A DNA stretch of 64,000 nt from Dehalococcoidia bacterium (GTDB taxonomy: Bacteria > Chloroflexota > Dehalococcoidia > Plut-88900), in the NCBI GenBank assembly GCA_965197585.1, contig OZ240215.1:2400001-2464000 (forward strand), in the 5' to 3' direction. Positions 19,595 to 27,748 of this stretch are shown in pieces. Within the stretch, counting starts at the first letter, position 1. Every line of letters starts with the position of its first letter. The notes under the pieces were generated by a model. It searched no databases. It was not told the origin of the DNA and worked only from the letters and a program-made list of their open reading frames with translations. The translations under genes were made by a program, and so were the position numbers.

Positions 19595-20746
19595 CTAGTG
19601 CACCTCGAGTTTCCTGCCTTCGTCCGAAGAACGCTGTATCGTGTCCAGAAGCCGGTGCCGTTTCGCAGCCAGGTTGAAATCTGGCCCTACTTCACTCCCT
19701 TCCCGGATCGCCCGAGCCAAGATTAGATACAGTTGGCCTATAAGGTCTGCTGCGTCGAACGGTTCCGTCGCCCGCATCCTCCCCGGGACCTGAATCAACC
19801 GGTCTGGAACGGTCAGCCTCTCCAATTCCGGAACGGTCAACTTCTCCAATCCAGTCGGTCTGACTACCTTTTGATTGCCCCGTACTCCCCAGAGTTGGAT
19901 GTTTCCGAATTGAGGCCAATCTTCGGAGGACGCCACCACCGTGCCTTCTCGTCCGTAGATTTCCATCCTCCAACCGGTACCATGCCAGGGTACGTTGCCG
20001 ATGTGGGCTGAGGCCACTGCCCCTCCGGCCAGCACGCCGTTTATCAACACATTGTCCGATGCAGTTACTGGAACCGTCCTTCCAGCTTCCCGGGTCTCCC
20101 ACTCCGTCACCTGGGTCGCAACCTTGGCGGACAGTTCCCGAAACTCCCCGACGCAGTAACACAATATGTCGATGACATGGCAAGTAACTCCAGCTAAGGT
20201 ATCGGCGCCCATCTTCCGGTCCGCCATCCAGGCCATGTCTCGTCCCCGCTGCAGCAGGCCCGGATAGAACATAGTCATGTTGCAGGCCAACACCTCGCCC
20301 ACGTACCCCTGTGCCAGTAGGTCCCTCAAATGCAGCACGGCCGGAGCGCCCCTTGCCTGTAGAGCCACCATGTGCCGAACACCCTTGGCCCGGGCCAAAG
20401 CGGCCATCTCCTCAGTCTCGGCCAGGTTGGCGCCCAGTGGCGATTCGCAGAATACATGCTTTCCCGCTTCCAGGGCAGCCATGACCATATCGTAGTGCCA
20501 GGGCACGCGTACGGATACGGAAATCAGGTCGATATCCGGATGTTGCACCATCTCGCGAAAATCGTGAAAAGCCATCTTGGCGCCGTAGACTTCCTTGGAT
20601 TCCTGCGCTGTCTCAGGACGGGAGGTGCAAACGGCCGTCAGCTCATAGTCGGGCAGGGTCAGAAGAGCCGGCAAATGGGCCCGCCTGCCCCATCCATATT
20701 GGGCGTTGGCGCCGATTATTCCAATGCGGATTTTGTCGTTCGACAT
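19595..20746 (-). CDS. Gfo/Idh/MocA family oxidoreductase
   Basis: IRIGIIGA, AHLPAL, GKHVFCESP; start placed at MSNDK. Confidence 0.92.
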   Translation of the reverse strand: MSNDKIRIGIIGANAQYGWGRRAHLPALLTLPDYELTAVCTSRPETAQESKEVYGAKMAFHDFREMVQHPDIDLISVSVRVPWHYDMVMAALEAGKHVFCESPLGANLAETEEMAALARAKGVRHMVALQARGAPAVLHLRDLLAQGYVGEVLACNMTMFYPGLLQRGRDMAWMADRKMGADTLAGVTCHVIDILCYCVGEFRELSAKVATQVTEWETREAGRTVPVTASDNVLINGVLAGGAVASAHIGNVPWHGTGWRMEIYGREGTVVASSEDWPQFGNIQLWGVRGNQKVVRPTGLEKLTVPELERLTVPDRLIQVPGRMRATEPFDAADLIGQLYLILARAIREGSEVGPDFNLAAKRHRLLDTIQRSSDEGRKLEVH

Positions 20747-21022
20747 GCCCGACTCCATTTCACAGGACACTGACCTCTCGGTGGAACAGACCAAGGTAAG
20801 CCATCTTCCAGGGCCCCTTCTCCCTCTTAGGGCCACAGCACAGACCCGCTATGCAGTGGCATGCGGGGCCATAGGCAACGTAACTTTGGACGTGGCGGAA
20901 TGGTAGAAAGCGATCCCAATACCGCCTTTATGCCAAGGAGCCCCAGGCGAACCTGAGACTCCTAAGTATTTTGGCAGGCAAAACCCCAACACCGGGCCTG
21001 GTGTGCTCCCTTATAGGTAGAC

Positions 21023-23044
21023 TTAACCTCTGCCGTTGCGCAAAAGCCTTCCGGGCAATGCCCCAGTTGGCACACCATCCTCGAAGGTCACTTCGCCATT
21101 GACCATGATCCAGTTATAGCCATTGGCCCTCTGGATCCGACGCCACTCGCCGCCGGGCAGGTCCTCTGCAATTTCGGAGGGTAGAGCCTCCAGCTTGTCC
21201 AGGTCATACACCACAATATCCGCTGGCGCACCCTCACGGATAACCCCCCTATCCTTAAAGCCACCGAGGTGGGCGGGCAGATAGCTCAACTTATAGTGAG
21301 CATCTTCCAGGGTCATCACCTTCTCGTCTCTAACCAGCCAAGTTAATGTATCCGTTGGATAGATCCCTCCGGTAAAGAATTTAATGTGAGCGCCACCATC
21401 GGATGTCCCGGCGACGACGTGGGGGGAGTCCAGCACCTCTGCGGTGTATTTGGCTACATTGCGGCCCTGCGTATCGCCGAGGAATTCAGTCGCCAAGTCG
21501 TCCTCGACACACATGTCCAACAGGGCGTCGATAACGTGTTTGCCTTGCTCGTCAGCAATGTCCTGTACGGTCCGCCCGACACGTTTACCGGAAGCCTCGG
21601 TCTCGTTGGGAGCCAAGGCTATCAGTCTGCCATCAACAACATTGACTACGAATGATTTCATGCGCAGTTCGGGGTCGGTGATGCCGCGACCTCCATCATG
21701 CTCATATTCGTAACCATGCGTGTCACAAACGAACCTGTCATCTTCATTGCCAACACAACCGCCCTGGTGAGGGCATACCAGGGATAGCAGCTTGTACCCG
21801 TCACGAGTGTTAACCAGGAAGTAATCCATACCGGCAACATTCACCTTGGCTGGCAACTTGGAGAAATCCGACTCGGCGCCGATATCAATCTTGACTTTGC
21901 GAGGCAGTACCAGCAGGCCACCTACGGATCCACGGGTCGCTTGAGTAGGTCGTATGCCCGACTCCCACTCTTCCTTAAGCAGCTGTCTTACTTCCGGGTC
22001 CTGCATCTTCGCTTTGCGTTCATCCTTCGTCCCCAGGGTCACGTCGCGCCAGGCGGGTGCGTCGTCGAACAGGTTCCAGTCTTCAAACGTAAAGAGAAAT
22101 CCAGCTCTAAATGTACCGCCTTGGCCGTATACCCGCAGGCCTCGCTCGGAGCAGCTCGCCAGCCAGCGGATCCGCTCTCTATGCTGCTCTGGATGGACGG
22201 CGTTGGCTGTTACTGCCTGGTAAAGGATGGGGCGCTTGGCCGCCTCTGCAACTTTTTCGAAGAATGACCGGGATTCATCTCCCAATGGCCGGCCTTCTTC
22301 TCCGGTTTCCTGGTAAGAGAGCTCTATGAATCCCTCATCGCGGTCGCCCAGGATTTTGGCGAAGGTGAGAATCTCCTCCTCCGTCAGCAAGTCGGTGATC
22401 ATGGGCGTGCCATCGTAGTCCCGCTGTACCGAATTTGCACCGAGGACCTGGGCCGACCAGCCGCAGGCTCCCGCATCCATGGCCTCATTGACCAGCCTGA
22501 CCATTTCCTGAAGCTCCGCCTCGGTGGGGCGCCGCTTCTTGGCCTCATCCCATCCCATTACCCAAGCGTACAGGGGTGTCAGGGGCACGTAGGTAAGACA
22601 GTTCAACCCCTTTGGAATGCGTGCTAGGGTATCCATGAACTCGGGGAAAGTGACCCAGTCCCAGAGCATTCCAGCCTTCATTGCATCGTATGGAATGGCC
22701 TCGTTGCGGGTCATACAGAGCATGGCTCTGTCTCGGTCTTCGACGCGGGACGGGGCGAAGCCGAAACCACAATTGCCCAGCGCTACCGAGGTCACACCAT
22801 GCCAGCCCGACAGCGTGCAGTAAGGGTCCCACTGAATCTGAGCGTCGTAATGAGTGTGCAGGTCTACGAAACCCGGGGCCACAATGCGGCCTCGGGCGTC
22901 AAGAACTCTGTCCGCCGTACCCCTCTTCAGGCCACCGACTTTGACGATAAACCCGTCTTTGATCGCTATATCGCTGTTGTATCTCGGCGTCCTGGTACCG
23001 TCTACGACCGTGCCACCTCTGATGATTATGTCATAGTCCGCCAT
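21023..23044 (-). CDS. N-acyl-D-amino-acid deacylase-family amidohydrolase with inserted Rieske [2Fe-2S] domain
   Basis: APGFVDLHTHYD, GNCGFG, SDGGAH; insert with CPH...CDTH; 98 aa longer than the adjacent paralog. Confidence 0.9.
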   Translation of the reverse strand: MADYDIIIRGGTVVDGTRTPRYNSDIAIKDGFIVKVGGLKRGTADRVLDARGRIVAPGFVDLHTHYDAQIQWDPYCTLSGWHGVTSVALGNCGFGFAPSRVEDRDRAMLCMTRNEAIPYDAMKAGMLWDWVTFPEFMDTLARIPKGLNCLTYVPLTPLYAWVMGWDEAKKRRPTEAELQEMVRLVNEAMDAGACGWSAQVLGANSVQRDYDGTPMITDLLTEEEILTFAKILGDRDEGFIELSYQETGEEGRPLGDESRSFFEKVAEAAKRPILYQAVTANAVHPEQHRERIRWLASCSERGLRVYGQGGTFRAGFLFTFEDWNLFDDAPAWRDVTLGTKDERKAKMQDPEVRQLLKEEWESGIRPTQATRGSVGGLLVLPRKVKIDIGAESDFSKLPAKVNVAGMDYFLVNTRDGYKLLSLVCPHQGGCVGNEDDRFVCDTHGYEYEHDGGRGITDPELRMKSFVVNVVDGRLIALAPNETEASGKRVGRTVQDIADEQGKHVIDALLDMCVEDDLATEFLGDTQGRNVAKYTAEVLDSPHVVAGTSDGGAHIKFFTGGIYPTDTLTWLVRDEKVMTLEDAHYKLSYLPAHLGGFKDRGVIREGAPADIVVYDLDKLEALPSEIAEDLPGGEWRRIQRANGYNWIMVNGEVTFEDGVPTGALPGRLLRNGRG

Positions 23045-23100
23045 CAGCTATCCCCCTACAATGCCCAAAGCTCAAATTTTCAAATATGGTCGCCTCAGCG

Positions 23101-23222
23101 AGTGTAATGTTTACGGATTTTAGTGTCAACTTATAGCCATAATATAGTGTATTAATTCGCTATGTTGGAAGAACTGAGTGCATCGGAGAGCGGTTGACGC
23201 GCTCATGGTGCCATAATATAGT
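23101..23222. promoter_or_regulatory. Divergent sigma70 promoters with duplicated 13-bp box GCCATAATATAGT
   Basis: Minus: TTGACA-17-TACACT; plus: TTGACG-17-TATAGT; boxes at 23136-23148 and 23210-23222. Confidence 0.6.
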
Positions 23223-23351
23223 CCGAGTCATCCAAGAGAGCGCATATTCAACAAAATCCATATATTCTGAGACGTATTGACTCGCATGGTTGGGTAGCGG
23301 AGATCGGTAGGAACTGACGTGGTCACAAGATAATGGAACGGAGGTGGAGAT

Positions 23352-25079
23352 ATGGCTAACTATGACATCATCATCAAGGGAGGTACGATCGTAGACGGTA
23401 CTCGTGTGCCTCGCTACATAAGCGACATCGCAATTAAAGATGGGATAATCGCCAAGATCGGCGGCTTTGTGGGTAGCACGGCAGACAAAGTGCTGGATGC
23501 CAAGGGTCTTATTGTAGCACCCGGCTTTATTGACCTGCACACTCACTATGACGCTCAAATCTTTTGGGACCCCTACTGCACGCTGTCGGGTTGGCACGGA
23601 GTGACCTCGGTAGCGCTGGGCAATTGCGGTTTCGGCTTCGCCCCATCGAGGGTGGAAGACCGGGACCGGTGCATGCTCAGCTTGACACGGAACGAGGCTA
23701 TCCCCTATGCCGCGATGAAAGAAGGAATGACCTGGGACTGGGTGACCTTCCCCGAATTCATGGACACCCTATCGCGTATTCCGAAGGGGGTGAATTGTCT
23801 TACCTACGTGCCCCTGACACCCTTGTACGCCTGGGTAATGGGATGGGATGAGGCCAAGAAGCGGCGCCCCACCGAGGCAGAGCTTCAGGAAATGGTACGG
23901 CTGGTCAACGAGGCTATGGATGCTGGAGCCTGTGGTTGGTCGGCCCAGGTGCTAGGCAAGACCTCAGTGCAGCGGGACTACGACGGAACGCCTATGATCA
24001 CCGACTTGTTGTCGGAGAAAGAGCTACTCACCTTCGCCAAGGTATTAGCTGACCGCGACGAAGGATTCATCGAGCTGTCTTACGAAGAAACCGGTGAAGA
24101 AGGTCGCCCTCTGGCAGATCAAACCAGGAACTTCTACGAAGAAATCGCCAAGGCAGCCAAGCGGCCCATAATCTACCAGGCAGTCACGCCCAACGCCATC
24201 CACCCGGAGCAGCATCGTGCTCGGCTTCGCTGGTTACAGCAATGTGCTGAGCAAGGAATATGGATTTACGGCCAGGGAGCTACATACCGGGGTGGCTTCG
24301 AACTCACTTTCGAGGACTGGAACCTCTTCGACGAAACTCCCGTTTGGCGCGAGGTAACCTTGGGAACGCATGTCGAACGCAAGGCGAAGATGGAAGACCC
24401 AGAAATGAGACGCAAGCTGAAAGAGGAATGGGATTCCGGAACCCGTCCCACCAGCGTCATCGCAGGATCTGTTGGGAGCTTGATCGTCGAAGAGACGGCC
24501 AGGCCGGAGTACGAACACTATGCCGGCCTTACTGTCCAGAACATCGCCGACAGGGAAGGCAAGCACGTTATCGACGCTCTCCTTGACCTCGTCGTAGCCG
24601 ACGATCTGGGCACCGAGTTCATCGCTGCGGCCCAGGGCCGTGACGTCGCACAGTACACGGCGGAAGTCCTCGACTCGCCACACATCGTTGCCGGGATATC
24701 AGACGGCGGAGCGCACGTTAAATTCAGGACCGCCGGAAATTACTCGACGGATATGCTTGCCTGGTTGGTGCGGGACGAGAAGGTAATGACGCTGGAGGAT
24801 GCTCACTTCAAGTTGAGCTACATGCCTGCCCACTGCGGTGGCTTCAAGGACCGGGGAGTTATCCGCGAGGGTGCGCCGGCGGATATCTTGGTGTACGACC
24901 TGGACAAGCTGGAGATCCTACCCTCCGAAATTGCAGAGGACCTGCCCGGTGGCGATTGGCGGCGGATCCAGAAGGCCAATGGCTACAACTGGATCATGGT
25001 CAATGGCGAGGTGACCTTCGAGGACGGTGAGCCAACGGGAGCATTGCCCGGGAAACTCTTGCGCAACGGCAGGAGCTGA
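23352..25079 (+). CDS. N-acyl-D-amino-acid deacylase-family amidohydrolase
   Basis: APGFIDLHTHYD, GNCGFG, SDGGAH; close paralog of 21023-23044. Confidence 0.92.
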   Translation: MANYDIIIKGGTIVDGTRVPRYISDIAIKDGIIAKIGGFVGSTADKVLDAKGLIVAPGFIDLHTHYDAQIFWDPYCTLSGWHGVTSVALGNCGFGFAPSRVEDRDRCMLSLTRNEAIPYAAMKEGMTWDWVTFPEFMDTLSRIPKGVNCLTYVPLTPLYAWVMGWDEAKKRRPTEAELQEMVRLVNEAMDAGACGWSAQVLGKTSVQRDYDGTPMITDLLSEKELLTFAKVLADRDEGFIELSYEETGEEGRPLADQTRNFYEEIAKAAKRPIIYQAVTPNAIHPEQHRARLRWLQQCAEQGIWIYGQGATYRGGFELTFEDWNLFDETPVWREVTLGTHVERKAKMEDPEMRRKLKEEWDSGTRPTSVIAGSVGSLIVEETARPEYEHYAGLTVQNIADREGKHVIDALLDLVVADDLGTEFIAAAQGRDVAQYTAEVLDSPHIVAGISDGGAHVKFRTAGNYSTDMLAWLVRDEKVMTLEDAHFKLSYMPAHCGGFKDRGVIREGAPADILVYDLDKLEILPSEIAEDLPGGDWRRIQKANGYNWIMVNGEVTFEDGEPTGALPGKLLRNGRS

Positions 25080-25336
25080 GTTCACCCGCAAGGGAGCACT
25101 TCGGCCCCGGTGTCGGGGTTTTACATGCTGTAATGCTTAGGAGCCCCAGGTTCGCTTTGGGCGCCTCGGTATCAAGGCGAAATTCGGATCCCTTTCTACA
25201 ATTCCGCCACGCCGAAAGTTATTTTGCTTATGGCCCCGTTTACCGCTACGCGGTGGGCCCGAGCCGCAGCCTCCATAAGGAAGTGGGAGCCCGGAAGACG
25301 ATCCAGCTTGTCCTGATCCCCATGCGGTCAATACTC

Positions 25337-25414
25337 TGTGAAATATAGCACAATATCGATCATTTAAGCATATTTCACGTCAAGCTTGACAATGCAATGA
25401 TAATCCATGTAGCG
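25337..25414 (+). promoter_or_regulatory. Promoter/operator of SBP copy 1 (repeated before copies 2 and 3)
   Basis: GTGAAATAT...ATATTTCAC inverted repeat, then palindrome GTCAAGCTTGAC overlapping TTGACA-17-TAGCGT. Confidence 0.55.
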
Positions 25415-25518
25415 TTGCTGACGCCGAATCAATATCAATGCGCCAGTGCGACATTTCCGTTTATTCCCATGTAGCTTCCCAAAAGTGTACGCCTGTCGCA
25501 TAAGTGGAGGAGATTATT

Positions 25519-27453
25519 ATGAGATCTAAGGTAGCTGGTAGGCATTGGTTTCTGATCCTACTTGTGGTGGCACTGGTATCCGTCCTCTTCGTCGTGGCCT
25601 GTGGCGATGGCGATCCCGAACCCACTGCCGCACCCGTGGACACAGGGGCCGCGGAGGCCGCAGCAGATGCAGCCGCCGCCGCAGAGGCCGCAGAGGCTGC
25701 AGTATCAGATGCCGAGGCCACACTGTCAGAGGCAGCAATGGCCGCGGAAGCCGCAGCTAAGGCTGCTGAGGAAGCTGTCGCCTTTGCCGCAGAGCTCGCT
25801 GCCGCTGCCCAGGCTGCCGCCGAGGCCGCCGGCACCGCAGATTCCGCGGCTGTTATGGCCGCCCAAGAGGCCGCCGCTCAGGCCGTAGCCGCTGCCGAAG
25901 CCGCTGCCGCCCAGGCTGCCGAGCTAGCGATGGCCGCCGCCGAGGCACAGGCCGCTGCCGCCGCCGAAGCCGCTGCCGCCGAAGCCGTTCTCACGCCGAA
26001 GCACGGTGGTTCACTTAGAATTGGGACAGCCGCGAGACACCTCACGCTGGACCCGGCACAGCACCGCACGGGTGTCGACATCATGATCACCCAGAACACA
26101 TATGACAATCTGCTCATGATCCAACCAGATCTTTCCGTGAAGCCGGAGCTGGCCAGGTCCTGGGAGCCTAACGAAGACTTCACGTCCTACACCTTCCACC
26201 TCCGCAGGGGTGTGAAGTTCTCCCATGGGAAGGACTTCAAGGCGGAGGATGTCGTTTACACATTCGAGAGACTGGTGGACCCCGACTTTGACACCGCAGT
26301 GCGGACAACATTCGAGGTCATCGATGAAATGGTGATCATCGACGACTACACCGTTCGCTTCGACCTTGTCAGCCCTAACTCCTTGTTCCTGGACAGCCTT
26401 ACCATCTATCAGGCACGGATAGTCCCCTCCGAAATAGATGGCGAAAAGCTGCCAATTGATACCGACAAGTTCAACACCATGACATACGGCACGGGTCCCT
26501 TCATGCTGGTGGAGCACCTGCCGGCCGAACGTACGACGATGGTTAGGAACCCGAACTACTGGCAGCAGGGCCGCCCCTACCTGGATGAGATCGTCATTCT
26601 CACCATCCGAGAGCCGGCAGCCCGGCTCCTGGCCCTCGAGGCCGGTGACGTCGACGTCCTATTCCAACTGGAATTCGCGAGCATTGAGGCGCTCGATGCC
26701 AACCCCGACACCAAGGTGTTGGAAACCGACAGCGCTACCTGGATGGGAATGACTCTGATAACCGAAATAGAGCCGTTCGATAGCAAGCTGGTCCGACAGG
26801 CGATGCAAGCCGCGACAGACCGGGAACTCATCAGACAAGTGGCGCTGCTGGGGCGCGGACAGCTCGCCTACGACCACCCCATACCGGCAAACAGTCCCCT
26901 CTTCTCGGCGGAAGCAGCCGCAAGGGTCCGCTACGACCCCGACAGAGCCAGGGAGTTGTTGGAGGAGGCCGGACACCCGGACGGGATCGACGTCACGCTG
27001 TTCACAGGCGATCTCGGACCGGGGATGAGGGAAATGGCGGTAGCATACCAACAGAGTGCTGCGCCCGCAGGCATTCGGGTGGCGATCGAGGAAAGGCCTT
27101 CAGACGGATACTGGGGCGAAGTGTGGAGCGTTGAGCCGTTCAGTGTCGTTTGGTGGTTCGCCCGGCCCAACCCGGACCAGGCACTGAGCATCCAGTCCTG
27201 CGTCGGATGCCCCTTTAATGCGCCGCGTTACTACAACCAGCACCTTGACGACCTGGTAGCGAAAGCCAGGGGGCAGGACCTTGAGGGCCAGCAGGAGACC
27301 TGGGCGGAGATCCAGAACATCATGATCGAAAATATACCGCACCTGGTCGTGGCTTTCATGCCGCAGTTAAACGGAGCACGCAGCAACGTTTACGGCGCAG
27401 ACGCCCATCCCCTGGGCTGGGGACTCTTCCAAGACGCATGGATTGACGAATAG
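25519..27453 (+). CDS. ABC transporter family-5 solute-binding lipoprotein, copy 1, with Ala/Glu-rich N-terminal linker
   Basis: Lipobox VVAC, PELARSW, YTFHLRRGVKF, GTGPF, NPNYW. Confidence 0.93.
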   Translation: MRSKVAGRHWFLILLVVALVSVLFVVACGDGDPEPTAAPVDTGAAEAAADAAAAAEAAEAAVSDAEATLSEAAMAAEAAAKAAEEAVAFAAELAAAAQAAAEAAGTADSAAVMAAQEAAAQAVAAAEAAAAQAAELAMAAAEAQAAAAAEAAAAEAVLTPKHGGSLRIGTAARHLTLDPAQHRTGVDIMITQNTYDNLLMIQPDLSVKPELARSWEPNEDFTSYTFHLRRGVKFSHGKDFKAEDVVYTFERLVDPDFDTAVRTTFEVIDEMVIIDDYTVRFDLVSPNSLFLDSLTIYQARIVPSEIDGEKLPIDTDKFNTMTYGTGPFMLVEHLPAERTTMVRNPNYWQQGRPYLDEIVILTIREPAARLLALEAGDVDVLFQLEFASIEALDANPDTKVLETDSATWMGMTLITEIEPFDSKLVRQAMQAATDRELIRQVALLGRGQLAYDHPIPANSPLFSAEAAARVRYDPDRARELLEEAGHPDGIDVTLFTGDLGPGMREMAVAYQQSAAPAGIRVAIEERPSDGYWGEVWSVEPFSVVWWFARPNPDQALSIQSCVGCPFNAPRYYNQHLDDLVAKARGQDLEGQQETWAEIQNIMIENIPHLVVAFMPQLNGARSNVYGADAHPLGWGLFQDAWIDE

Positions 27454-27504
27454 AGAGTCTCCTGGGGCTTGGCCTTAGGTCTACCCCAGTAGTTGAGAAA
27501 GAAA

Positions 27505-27547
27505 TGGGCCCCCGGCTTGCTGTTGAAGCCGGGGGCCCACCCTTTTA
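27505..27547 (+). terminator. Intrinsic terminator
   Basis: TGGGCCCCCGGCTT-gctgttg-AAGCCGGGGGCCCA then CCCTTTT. Confidence 0.75.
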
Positions 27548-27748
27548 GTCCAGGCGGTCAATCCCATGTGAAATATAGCGCAATCGCGATCATTTAGGTA
27601 TATTTCATGTCAAGCTTGACATTTCAAGGATAATCCATGTAGGGTTTTTGACGCCCAATCAATATCAATGCGCCAGTACGATATTTCCATATACCGCGAT
27701 GTACCTTCCCAAAAGAGAAAACCTGACGCATAAATGGAGGAGATTATT

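Noticed and set aside
25085-25330. Possible hydrolase remnant (HGDQDKL...PGSHFLME on the minus strand)
   Set aside because: Too short and interrupted by stops to support
25461-25835. Ala/Ser-rich minus-strand ORFs repeated three times
   Set aside because: Antisense reading of the Ala/Glu linker codons
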